IMG/VR virus record: IMGVR_UViG_3300028833_000053
Reading direction: 5' to 3' (one strand)
Length of the DNA: 64,000 nucleotides
Source: a virus
Lineage: Duplodnaviria; Caudoviricetes
Shown: one piece after another, positions 33,201 through 43,772 of the stretch
How positions within the stretch are numbered: the stretch's first letter is position 1
Layout: each line of letters opens with the position of its first letter
The notes under the pieces: generated by a model
Database searches by the model: none
What the model saw: only the letters and a program-made list of their open reading frames with translations
Told to the model about the DNA's origin: nothing
Position numbers and translations under genes: made by a program

Positions 33201-35083
33201 AATATCCCCTGCTTCTTCACGGCTTTCCAGGCATCTTCCCATGTGAGCATGTTTGCTGAATCCACCCCAAACAGGATTTCGCATATTTCGTCCGGGTCGT
33301 TGGAAACAAGTTCACGTCCAACTTCCTTTTCGCCAGAAACATGGATTCCCTCTTCACCCTTCTTGCCCTTCATCAAGGGACGCTCAAAGATCTTCTTGAA
33401 CAGACCACCTTCCTCATGACTGTACGAGTATCTTTCCCATTTCACGGGCTGCTCTTCGTCATAGCCATTCACCATTCCAGTCTCTTCTACCCTGAATCCA
33501 GACACCCGGGCGGTCGCCGTGATTATCTGGTTGCGCACAAGTCCCTTGACGTACTTCTGCCCCTCGATTTCCTCCGGCCCATATTGTCCCCAAGCCTGGA
33601 ACTTGAGGTTGTCAACGGGAATCAGGTCAAGTTGAACGATTTGCCCTTCTTGCTCCCCATCGTCGTTGCTTATGGGATAGCCAACGGAAGTCCCTTGCCA
33701 TTCCCATCTTGGGAAGTTCTTCACGTCAAGACCGTACTTCTTGCCAAACTCTTCCGCAAGGTCAAACCATTCGCTCACGTCCGTTATTCCCTGTTTCTCT
33801 TCAAGGGCTTTCTTTGAGATTGCTATGTCTATGTCACCACTTGAACCACCGTCAAGTTTCTTTCCCGTTGAGCCTAGAAAGGAGATGTCATCGTCGGACA
33901 ATCCGAAAAACTCCTTCACCTTCTGTTTCGCGGAGTCCATCGTGGATTTCGCGTTGCGCTGGTTCAATCTGACGGCGCCCGGTATTCTATGTCCGCCCTC
34001 GTTCATCAACTTGCTTTCGCTTGTTGGCTTCTCCTTCTTTGGCTTTGGGGGTGGTGGCGTGTAGTCCACAAGGTCAAGTTCCTCCAGCATTTCCTGTGGG
34101 ATGGTCATTCCCGCGTTTATTTTTCCGATTATCTTTTCGCGCAGGGAGTCCAAGAAGATTTTCCACTTGTTCGAGTCTTTCGCCCAGACGGCTTCATGCG
34201 CAGCTTTCCAAGTTCCGTCCCACGTCATCAAGTCCTTGCCCTTCACCTTCGGACCAAACATTTTCTTCGCTATTTGGTCGGGATCGTCCGTGACAAGACT
34301 TCTCTTCGCTTTTTCGCCTGACTTGTACACGGTGTCCGTTGCGCCCTTTGGTTGGTTTGTCATGGGTTCACGATAGCACTTCTTGATGTTGAGTCCCTCT
34401 GGCGTGTAGAAGGAATATTCCTCCCATTCCACCATATCCTCCTTTATCCCGTCCTTGCCTTTGACAAGTCCAGTCTTTATAACTTTCACGTCGTCCATGG
34501 CGTGAGCCGCGGCCTCGAATATCAAGTTGCGTATGCAACCCTTTATGTATTGTTGACCTTCAATTTCCTTGGGTGCGTATTGAGACCACACTTGGAACTT
34601 CATGTTCCTTGAAGTCATCATGTCAAGTTGGACAAACTCACCCTCTTGCTTGCCGTCGAAATTCTGAATTGGACACTTTATGGAATAGAGGTTGCCTTTC
34701 AGCCTTGACTCTATTCCCATCTTGTTGAGTATGGGCGTGGCGTATTCCGCTATGGCTTTCGCTTGTTCATCAGCGGTCATAGCGTCCTTGAGATAATCCA
34801 CCTTCGTTGCGTCTATTCCAAGGTCAATGTCACCGCTTGAACCCCCTGCCAGCTTCTTGCCCGTGCTTCCCAATGGCTGCACGTATTTTCGGCTTATGCC
34901 AATCGCCGGAAGTATGGTTTCGTAGATGTACTTCAACGTTGCCGCCACGTTCTCCTAGTGGATTCGCGTTGCGTCATCAAACATGTTTCCACCTTCAAGC
35001 ATCAAGTTCTTTTCTTCGCCCACAAGGATGTCACGCAAGTCGTTTGCGTCCATTTTGCTCACAAGTTCTTTTATATTGTCCAT
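30284..35083 (-). CDS. ~1599-aa multi-enzyme protein: NTase-NTase-RNA-ligase-like-HIGH transferase-NTase (two TAG=Gln)
   Basis: Three 'GSTGKKL.GGxSGDID' pol-beta-type NTase domains, KIDG...GE...EGVAF ligase motifs, 'PGSFRPPHKGH'; TAGs at 34955 and 32324 are in frame. Confidence 0.8.
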
Positions 35084-35114
35084 ACTGTTGTACCCGTAGA
35101 TTTCTGGTTCTATG

Positions 35115-35148
35115 CTATTTACCATTCTTCTTCAGATATGGTAAATAG
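35115..35148. promoter_or_regulatory. Palindromic divergent late-promoter pair
   Basis: CTATTTACCAT-N12-ATGGTAAATAG inverted repeat between the two NTase genes. Confidence 0.65.
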
Positions 35149-35155
35149 AAACACC

Positions 35156-37042
35156 ATGAAAACCAAATCCCATTTCAACGAAGGCGGAAACATGTTTCCC
35201 GATTGCGTTCCCATCCACCAGGAGAACGTTGAAGCGACTTTGAAGGACATACAGGAAAGGTATTTGTCCAAGCAGTTGCATCTTGACCCAAAGACCGACA
35301 CATCCACGTTGGGGTCTACCGGAAAGAAACTCAAAGGTCAGACCAGCAACGATATGGACATTGCAATCGACTACAACAAGTTGAAGGAGATTTGGGATTT
35401 GCCAGAATGGACGGGGAAGCGTCTTGAGGAATGGGTGGATTTGGCGAAGGATGCCGCCGACAAATGTGGCGTTCAATTCAATATGGCCGCCACGGTATGT
35501 TCCCTGCGTTGGCCGATAGCAAACGCTGATGGGGAGCAAGAAGGTAAATTCATACAAGTTGACTTGATGCCCACGCCCAACATGAAGATGACAAGTTTCG
35601 GAAGGTTTTCCCAACAGGCGAAGGCTGGCGAGACTTTCTTCAAGGGGACTGTCAGGAACATAATGCTTTCCATAATGGCGCGTTGCTCATACCATAAAGA
35701 CTTGACCGACGAAACCCACGTCAAGGTTCTTGACGATGGCACGGAAAAGGAAGTACACAACGAGTACGAGGGTTGGACGTATGACGGCAACACCGGACTT
35801 CACCTTTGCCACAAGAAGTACGAGCAGTACACCAAGAATGGCAAGGGCTACAAGAAGGGGGATTGGAAACCCCATGCTTCCGTTGTTGAATCTCCTGTCA
35901 TTTCATCTGACCCAGACGAAATCGTGGAAATGATATTTGGCAAGGGCGTGACTCCTGAGGACATTGACACCGTGCAGAAGATGTGGAAAGCATGGAAGAA
36001 CGCCCCAGCGGTGAAAGAGAATCCAGATTTGCTTCAAGAGGTGCGTGAACAAATTGAAAGGTCATCCACAAGAAGTCCGGACATCCAATTCCCGGATTTT
36101 GATGGTGAGGAATTCGTCAATGAAGCGAAGATTAAGAAAGACCCATCCGAGCAGGTTGACGATTACATCAAGTCCCTTTCCAGAGATCAAATCCAAACTC
36201 TCACGTTGAGGTGTTCAGAACTTTTGGACAAGTGGAACGAGCCACAGGGTTCCGACACAATCCTCAGAGTGAGGCATGTGGTGGACAACGATGAGAGGTT
36301 CCTGAAGTTCTTGCGCAAGACCGTTCCATTGACGGAGCCAAAGCCCCGGGACATGGGCGCAAACACTTTTGTTTCGCGTTTCTTCGACCCGCCGTTTGAT
36401 CTTGAGGAGTTCATTGGAAAGATGGCAAAGGAGAAAGGCATACCCTTTGCGCAAGCGGAGGAGGAATGGACAAGAAGCAACATGGACAAGACACACGTTG
36501 GAAGATACGCCCATATGCTTGCAGACGATGCCGTGAACGGACGTCCGCCCTCAAAGGAAGGTACTAATCCAAAGGAGATTGCCATTTACACCGCCATTTA
36601 CGACTACGCCAAGAAGCTGGTTGAGGATGCCACAGACGTTGAAAGCGAGGTTTCCCTTCACGCAAGTTCGGCAACAGTTGGTGGCAAGTTCGACTTGTTG
36701 ATGAAGAAGAATGGCGTTTGGACTTTGGTTGACTGGAAAACCAATGGCGAGGAACTTGATGACATTCCAACAGGCAAGGTTGGACTTGACGAATTGACAA
36801 AGGACATCAACAACAACTCCTACAACAAGTACGCGCTCCAGTTGAACGTCTACGAATGGGCTGCGAAGGACTCCGGCAAGATTCAGAAGGATGCCGTTGT
36901 GAGCAAGGAACTCCACCACTTCCAGTACCTTGAAGACGGCAAGCCGGTGAAGATAAGGGTGGTCAAGGTTCCAGATCTCCAGGAACTTGTCCAGGCGATG
37001 GTGGAACGGGCAGTTGAAATGGGCGTCGTGAAACGGAAATGA
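35156..37042 (+). CDS. Pol-beta-type nucleotidyltransferase fused to a PD-(D/E)XK (Cas4/RecB-like) nuclease
   Basis: 'LGSTGKKLKGQTSNDMDIAID', 'FIQVDLM'; C-terminal 'GRYAH...ESEV...GKFDLL....VDWKT...YALQLNVY'. Confidence 0.8.
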   Translation: MKTKSHFNEGGNMFPDCVPIHQENVEATLKDIQERYLSKQLHLDPKTDTSTLGSTGKKLKGQTSNDMDIAIDYNKLKEIWDLPEWTGKRLEEWVDLAKDAADKCGVQFNMAATVCSLRWPIANADGEQEGKFIQVDLMPTPNMKMTSFGRFSQQAKAGETFFKGTVRNIMLSIMARCSYHKDLTDETHVKVLDDGTEKEVHNEYEGWTYDGNTGLHLCHKKYEQYTKNGKGYKKGDWKPHASVVESPVISSDPDEIVEMIFGKGVTPEDIDTVQKMWKAWKNAPAVKENPDLLQEVREQIERSSTRSPDIQFPDFDGEEFVNEAKIKKDPSEQVDDYIKSLSRDQIQTLTLRCSELLDKWNEPQGSDTILRVRHVVDNDERFLKFLRKTVPLTEPKPRDMGANTFVSRFFDPPFDLEEFIGKMAKEKGIPFAQAEEEWTRSNMDKTHVGRYAHMLADDAVNGRPPSKEGTNPKEIAIYTAIYDYAKKLVEDATDVESEVSLHASSATVGGKFDLLMKKNGVWTLVDWKTNGEELDDIPTGKVGLDELTKDINNNSYNKYALQLNVYEWAAKDSGKIQKDAVVSKELHHFQYLEDGKPVKIRVVKVPDLQELVQAMVERAVEMGVVKRK

Positions 37043-37086
37043 GTTTTGTAAATATAACTTGAAACAGACATTGAGGAAACAAGCAG

Positions 37087-38367
37087 ATGAAATTCAAGAA
37101 GATTGTTAAAGAGGCATCTGATTTGGATGATAGAGACTATGAGACTGCGCAAAGCATGTAGGATTTTGCGAAAGAGAACATTCCTGAAGTCAAGGCAGTT
37201 GTCTCTGGAAGCGAAAGGGGAAAGCTATATGTGATGATCAAATCAGATGTATACATAATGGCTGACCAGGCAAAGGAAATCGCAAAGGAATTGATACGTG
37301 GAACCGGTGCCCGTGGCTACCGGTATGCTGGGGTGAACAAGGCAGATCCATATATTGTCCTTGTGAACAAAGGTGTCAGAATGAACGAGGCGAGGAAGCC
37401 AATGAAGAAAGCGCAGAAGAAGCAACAGTGGTGGTTTGACATTCCTGGCGCGAAGTACATCTACCACGGAGACTGGTCTGACCCTGAAATCCAGTACAAG
37501 GGTTTCTCAATCAACTATTGGGACGTGGAGGAAGGTTTGCTTTCAGCCTACCGTGACGAGCATCCAGAAGACAAGGATGACAAGGGATTCGACGCGTGGA
37601 TGGCTGAACAGGGTGGACCCGGTGGATACCTTGAAGGTGAACTTGACAATTGCATTTATGCAGCACTTGGCGACGACAACGTTGAGGAAGAGCCTTGGCT
37701 TGGAATACCGGACGCCTACAAGGTGAAGGAGGTCTATGGTCAGGGAGAAGGTGAGTTCATCTTGTACAAGGATTGCCTTGTGAACGTTGCGGACGTTGAC
37801 TACTATGATTCGGAGTATGATGATTGGTATCCCTATTCCGACAATCCAGAGAACTTTGAGGCATACTATAGCGATCCGAAGAACAAGAAGGAACTGGTTG
37901 ACAAGCTCAACGAGCAGGTTTCCTACTACATGAGCGAAAGCACGAAGTTCAACGAGGGTTGGCTTGGTGATAAGGTGAAGGCCGGTTGGAACAAGGTCAA
38001 GGACGGAGCCAAGAAGGTTGGCAAGGCAATTGGAAAGGCTTTGAACGGTCCGTTCAAGAAAGGTGACGTTGTTCAGATGTCTGGCGAGGATGGTGAGAAG
38101 TTCAAGGGAACTATTATGGGCTATGACCGTGGCGAACAAACATACAGTGTGATGCTGGGACGCTAGGTGGCAAATGAGGGTTTGCAAGAGGACGTTCTTG
38201 ACATGGCCGACAGAGAGGACGAGTTGGTGTGGATGATTCAAGAGAAGTTCTGGGATTTGGCCGAGGAAGCCGATCCTGACAGTTTACGCCAACTCATAGA
38301 GAACTGCGTTGAACTTGAGAAAGTCAAACCAGGGAAACTGGATGAGATTATCAACCAAGAGTTCTGA
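37087..38367 (+). CDS. Modular acidic protein (candidate head cargo; two TAG=Gln)
   Basis: ATG 37087 after GTAAATA (37048); TAGs at 37159 and 38164 join the fragments; two W(F/L)xIPxA repeats; xKE/xNE boundary sites. Confidence 0.65.
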
Positions 38368-38393
38368 TGAAATCTCTTTGTAGAATAAACAAT

Positions 38394-38424
38394 AATGGCG
38401 TGGAGAAAATCCACGCCATTTTTT
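38394..38424. terminator. Intrinsic terminator between convergent genes
   Basis: AATGGCGTGGA-GAAAA-TCCACGCCATT followed by a T run. Confidence 0.75.
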
Positions 38425-38446
38425 CTGAATGTGTCTATCATTGATA

Positions 38447-38845
38447 TTAGTGGGTATATCTTTCCGTAAACTACCTAAACAATAGGTTGCCATAAAGAAA
38501 CGCCTCACTTTCAATCTCCTTAAGTTCTGGGTCTTCATTCAACGGCTTGTCAGACACATGTCCTTGAAATCCCTGTGGGTCAACTAGATTTTGGTTGCGA
38601 TGAACCATTTCGTGACAAAACGTCCGAAGAATGTCCTTGATGTGCCTGTTGTCTATGAACAGTACAAGATGGTTGTCGCTTGGATCATAATATCCGGTCT
38701 TTATGAAAAGTTCATCTTCTGGATTTGGGGTCTTGTCAAGGGTGATTCTCGGAAGCGGTTCCACTTCAAATCCAATTTCTCTGAAATACTTTATGATTTC
38801 CTCAATCCAGTAGTTCAGCATGTCTATCTTGGTTTCATTGTCCAT
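38447..38845 (-). CDS. Small HEXXH zinc metallopeptidase-like protein
   Basis: 'RTFCHEMVH' plus downstream 'ESEAF..GN'; TAG at 38471 read through to TAA. Confidence 0.7.
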
Positions 38846-38853
38846 GGTACTGT

Positions 38854-38885
38854 TATTTACCACAATTTGCGTGGAATGGTAAATA
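38854..38885. promoter_or_regulatory. Divergent GTAAATA late-promoter pair
   Basis: TATTTACCA...TGGTAAATA with the same 25-nt offset as the pair at 35116/35141. Confidence 0.65.
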
Positions 38886-38891
38886 GTTGAT

Positions 38892-41648
38892 ATGAGGAAA
38901 TATGTTCTTAACATAGACCGTCTTTATACGGGAGCCACGTCCAACGCCTTGGTGTTGAATCAAGTTGACGAGGATTTGCCAGTTCTTATTCGTCAGATTT
39001 CTGGAAAGGAACTTGAAACACCAACTATGTGGTTGGAACGCAGGAAGAAACTGCATCCAGGATTTGACCCAGAAACCTATTTGGGGGAGCAAGAAACAAG
39101 ACAGAGTTTTTAGGAAATTTGGCATTGGAACAAACGGCTTCAAAATATAAATTCCTACATAGACCACATAAACCAACTTGCACTGTCAACCAATCCAGCG
39201 GCGAGAACAATACCGCACTTGAATGGGAAAACAGAGACTCGCACGTTCCAAGAATGGGCGAACGCCGCAAACGTCATAAACAGGAATTTTCTTCCGGCTT
39301 CAATATTTGGTTGGTGGAAACCGGATGATGTTCTTGAATTCTTGTCAGAATCCAGATTGTCAAACCAACTTGACCAATTGAATAGATATTTGGATTGGTT
39401 CAAAGTACCCTTGATAACGAAGAGGAAAGACCTTGCAGATGAGAACAAATATTGGCTGGACGGTTTGGTTTTCTTGATGAGGAAAAACCATCCGGAGTTT
39501 TCCGAAAACGTATACAGTGCCAAGTATGACGATCTTCGAGCCTTCGTTCAGATGAACTATGCGCCATCGTTCAATCCAGTTGAGGAATTTGGTTGGTGGA
39601 CTGACGACATCCTCAACATGAGTATGCAGAGCATATTTTATATTATGGAAAAAGACCTTTCCGTGTTGAATGGCTACATACTTGATTTCAACCTTGCCTT
39701 GCAGGAAGAATTCAAGTCAAGGGGACACGATGAACTTTATTTGATGGATGATACCCAACGCATGAAGCCGGACGAAGAGGACAAGAGCGTTTCCTCCGAA
39801 AAGACATATCTTCATTCGTTGAATGGCTGGAAGGACATTCAGAGGAATGAAACAACGCCGGATAAGTATGTCAACTCCTCTCAGTTGAACGTTCTTTTTC
39901 CGTTCAAGAAAACCACAAACAAGTCATTGTATGCATCCCAACTCAAGGTCACGTCGGCAATTGACATCGACGACATTCTTGAACGTTCCAGGAACATAAC
40001 TCTGCAGGGAAAAGTGAGCTATGAGAAGTGCGTCTAGTCAATGGCATAGACTGGAAACAACCTTTACGTCATGTCAACGATGATTGACATTGGAAACGAT
40101 GATTCCGATTCACATATCATTGGAAACCACCTCACGGTTCTCAATGGATATGGCAACCCCTATCACTTTCCCAACAGTATGACGCTGTTCCAGCCAAGTC
40201 AGGAGCATTGTGACGGCCCCAACTTGGCAAAGGTTGACGGAACCACCAATTTCATAACTTGGTGCAAGGCGCATGACAGAAAGTTCCGTGTCAGGCTTTC
40301 GGATATATATGGCGGCAACGTTTCGCCGTTGAAATGCCTCGGTCCGGGATCATATGAAATAGACCTTGCCACATACGGACCAACGGACATTGTTCTTGAC
40401 AATGGATATGAGAGGGAATATGTCTCTTTGACAAGCGAGACGTTCAGGAAGATACGAAACGAGGAATTTGAAACCGACTTGTACGATGACAGAACCTATG
40501 TCATAGACAACAGGCGTTTGGACGCAGGTGATGACATCAGTGACGTTGGGTTGATGTTCAACTTGTATGACACGTTCATCACGGGCAAGGACAGGATATT
40601 GTCGATGAGCGTTCCATCCGACAAGGACTTCAACAGGTTGTTCTTGAACTTTGACTGCATTTCCCACATTGAACCCGACATGGCCGAGACCATGGAAGTT
40701 GCAGTCTATATCAACGAGGCGAACAACTCCTATCTTGTGTTCGAGGGTGAACTTGGAAAGAACCACGATCTTGATTCCAAGAAAACTTGCAGCTATTCCT
40801 TGGAGGATGCCGCCGTTTCCTCCCACAATCTTCAGATAGTTGTGCGTATTCACTACACCGTGGATTTCGGCAAGCGCAACAGCGAAAAGGCGTACAGAGA
40901 GAAGTTGAGGAAGTCCGGCGTCATATTGAACAACATACGCATCGAGAATGGAATCGTGGAAACTCTCAACCGCCTCACGTTCGGCTCCTATGTGAATGAA
41001 TCCGGAATAGGCGAGGAAGAGCGCGACAAGAGGTATGACGAGTTTTGGCAGGTTTCCCAATACAAGAAGGACATTCCATACCAAACGGTGTTGGAGACTT
41101 CATTGAGAAGAACATCAACCGCGGGCATAGAATATCCCAATAACTATTCCAGTGGCGACATCTACGCGGATATGTTCATGACAAAATCCATGCTTGACCC
41201 AAGATACGACATGAACATATTTGTTGATCCAAGCAACAGCAAGATGCTCAGGGCGGAAGGACGTGACTACATAGGTCTTGGACAATGTTCAAATCAATTG
41301 TCCTTGTTCTACAAGCCCATTGACGTTTCAATTGGCTATCAGGAGAACGCCGATCAAGTTACGGCCTATCGTGTGAACCCCGAACCTGACTTAAAATATC
41401 AGATGGTGGAAGTTGTCAAGAACATAAACCGTTTCGAGTCATCCATCAAGCACAAGTCCAACGTGTTTTCAGTTGTTGTTCAGAACTCCAATCTTGCTCC
41501 AAGTAACAAGAAGGACAAGACGGATGACGAGGAAAAATTGGAAGAGTACAAGGAGCGGTTGCGTGATTCCATAACTCAGTTCGTGAGGAACACTTGCGAG
41601 AGCATAGTTCCGGTGCATACGCAATTGTTTGACGTTCAATTTACATAA
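38892..41648 (+). CDS. Large structural protein, probably baseplate wedge (~918 aa, three TAG=Gln)
   Basis: ORFs 38892, 39219 and 40071 are in one frame via TAGs at 39111, 40035 and 40047; C-terminal 'IVPVHTQL' resembles wedge-protein ends. Confidence 0.6.
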
Positions 41649-41650
41649 TA

Positions 41651-41686
41651 AAAAAAAGCCCAGGTTTCCCTGGGCTTTCGTTTTTT
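41651..41686. terminator. Bidirectional intrinsic terminator
   Basis: A run, AAAGCCCAGG-TTTC-CCTGGGCTTT, T run. Confidence 0.8.
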
Positions 41687-41702
41687 CCAACAATCTACAA
41701 TT

Positions 41703-41918
41703 TCAGCGGTGCCTGTAGACAACTCTTCCCTTCGTCAAGTCGTATGCGGAAACCTCCAAGTCCACCGTGTCCCCGATTATGAGCTTGATTGAGTGCATTT
41801 TCATCTTCCCGTTCAACGTGCAGAGAATCTTCATCTTGGTCTCGTTGTCCTCGACCTCGTATGTCCCGCCATGAACCTTCGTGACGGTTCCGACTCTCCT
41901 TATCATGTCATCCTTCAT
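41703..41918 (-). CDS. infA: Translation initiation factor IF-1 homolog
   Basis: 71 aa; 'GTVTK....YEV......ILCTLNGKMKMHSIKLIIGDTVDLEVSAYDLTKGRVVYR' matches IF-1. Confidence 0.9.
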   Translation of the reverse strand: MKDDMIRRVGTVTKVHGGTYEVEDNETKMKILCTLNGKMKMHSIKLIIGDTVDLEVSAYDLTKGRVVYRHR

Positions 41919-41960
41919 ACTGTTGGTTTCCTTTTAACCCGCTCCGCTTTGTTGTTTTTG

Positions 41961-42290
41961 TCAGGAATTTCTTTGAATGTTGTCGTCAATCATCTGCTTG
42001 ACGATTCCATTGAGGAGTCCCTTGAACGCCACCTGGTCGAAACTTTCGTCCAGCTTGTCATTCACCAGTCTCTCCACACTGAAAGTATACATCTTTTCGT
42101 CGGACTTGTAAAGATTCTGCTTCAAGTCCTGCGTCACGCAGTACTCCAGCACGTTGATGACGTCCGCAAGATTGCGAATAAAGTGCTTCTTCAAGCTGTG
42201 CAGGCAATACTCGTAGTTTCGGTCATTGTAGTGCACCGCATAACGTACATGGGTGCGTTCCTTCTGGTTGGTTGTCACTTTGATTTCCAT
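41961..42290 (-). CDS. Hypothetical protein
   Basis: GAGG RBS; operon context. Confidence 0.55.
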   Translation of the reverse strand: MEIKVTTNQKERTHVRYAVHYNDRNYEYCLHSLKKHFIRNLADVINVLEYCVTQDLKQNLYKSDEKMYTFSVERLVNDKLDESFDQVAFKGLLNGIVKQMIDDNIQRNS

Positions 42291-42300
42291 TTCGTTCACC

Positions 42301-42495
42301 TCAATTCTCTTCGGTCTTGATATCACCGGTGTGCAGTCCCTTGAGACGTGCGGGAATCACACGCTTGACGTTGCACTCGTCACAACACACATTCCAGCCT
42401 TCAGTCCCAAATGCCTCCATAACCGGACGGGGATCGTTCCCAAACCCCTCAATTTCCTTTCCACAGAGGCAACAGGTCTTTACCTTCTTTTCCAT
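42301..42495 (-). CDS. Small Zn-finger protein
   Basis: 'CCLCGKEIEGFGNDPRP...CCDECN..RVIPARL'; AGGAG RBS. Confidence 0.65.
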   Translation of the reverse strand: MEKKVKTCCLCGKEIEGFGNDPRPVMEAFGTEGWNVCCDECNVKRVIPARLKGLHTGDIKTEEN

Positions 42496-42576
42496 CGTAT
42501 TCTTCTCCTTCTTGAAAAACTTGAATCGGTCGGTGGAACTGCTAGGAATCAGCTCCACCAACCAACTCAAAATCCC

Positions 42577-43503
42577 TTATGCAACCTTCTTGCCGGTCAC
42601 GGTCTCCAGCTTCTTGAGGAAGCCACCGAACGTGGACTTGCCAATCGTGGTCTCCATGAACTTGCGCTCGAACTTCGTCTTCGTGTCCTTGCCAATCGTG
42701 TGCGTGGTGAAGTCGGCGTAGGCGCGGATGAGACCCCAGGCGTTGCCATAGTGCGCCTTGTTGCCCGCGTCATTGTAGCAGGACAGGAACATCTGGCGGT
42801 TCTTCTGAACGCTCGCCTTGACGGTCTCGCTCATGCTCTCGCGGATGGGGAAGAGCAGCTCAAGGAACAGCTCAATCTGCTTCTTGTCCATCTTGATGTC
42901 GGCGTAACGCTCCGCGGCCTTGCGGAGACCATCCATGTAGCGGCGGACGCTCACAAGAGCCTCCTGACCCTGCCTCATGCGCGAAGGAAGGTTCACGCTG
43001 TGCTTGACGTTGATGGACGAGGCGATGCCATTGAGACCAATACTCACCTGCGCGTAGTTGGCGGTGGAAAGGGCAACGATGTTCGCCCGAACCTTGTACT
43101 TGCCATTGAAGCTGTTCTGAAGGACGATGCAAGGAACGTAGTCTTCGCCAAGAATCTTGATGGCGGGAAGCTGACCCACAACCCAGCACAGCCCGGAGTA
43201 GGTCATTCCACCACGGGTGAACTTCAGCTTGGAGTCGATGTAGTCGGCGAACGCAAAGGCTGTCGCGTTCTGGCAAATCTCATATCCCTTGCCAACGATG
43301 CCAAGGTAGCCATCCTTGTCCGTGCGGACCGTGGCGAACTTGTCGGCGATCTGCTTCATGTTGGGTCCGAAGAACAGGGGACGCTTCTCAACGTCAAACG
43401 CCAGACCCACTGCCTCAAGTGCGTCCGAAATCTTCTTCGTGTTGGTGGAACGTCCAACGTTCTCCCAGGTTGCCACGCGGTTGGTCTGCTTGACTGATGC
43501 CAT
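42577..43503 (-). CDS. DUF932-family phage/plasmid protein
   Basis: 'ALEAVGLAFDVEKRPL', 'ATVRTD...LGIVG.GY.I.QN..AF.F.D', 'GNAWG...AYADF..H'. Confidence 0.8.
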   Translation of the reverse strand: MASVKQTNRVATWENVGRSTNTKKISDALEAVGLAFDVEKRPLFFGPNMKQIADKFATVRTDKDGYLGIVGKGYEICQNATAFAFADYIDSKLKFTRGGMTYSGLCWVVGQLPAIKILGEDYVPCIVLQNSFNGKYKVRANIVALSTANYAQVSIGLNGIASSINVKHSVNLPSRMRQGQEALVSVRRYMDGLRKAAERYADIKMDKKQIELFLELLFPIRESMSETVKASVQKNRQMFLSCYNDAGNKAHYGNAWGLIRAYADFTTHTIGKDTKTKFERKFMETTIGKSTFGGFLKKLETVTGKKVA

Positions 43504-43604
43504 AACTACTACTCCTTGTCAGGAACTCATGGGCTTCCCGTTCTCCCATCCACAATCGGCGTTTCCTCAACCTTGAAGAACCCTTACCTCTCGTGAACAC
43601 CAAC

Positions 43605-43633
43605 AGTATAGCATATTGGCGTCCGGAAAGCAA
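43605..43633 (-). promoter_or_regulatory. Early sigma70-type promoter
   Basis: TTGCTT-N17-TATACT with extended TG, followed by GTTG as at 10205. Confidence 0.7.
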
Positions 43634-43772
43634 TAGGGTTTGGAAAATAAATTGAAAAATATTTTCTGTGGCTATAATGTTCCAAAAGGGGTCTGAAAAA
43701 CGCCATTTTGGAAAAATATAAAGGATGGACATTTAGCCCATCCCTTATGCCCTTGTTCTGATTCAACAAAAA

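Noticed and set aside
34955-34957. TAG as pyrrolysine
   Set aside because: Paralog alignment shows Gln, and no pyl genes are visible.
34958-35155. N-terminal extension of the 694-aa ORF in the track
   Set aside because: It overlaps the start of the opposite-strand polyprotein and the promoter pair; ATG 35156 is the better start.
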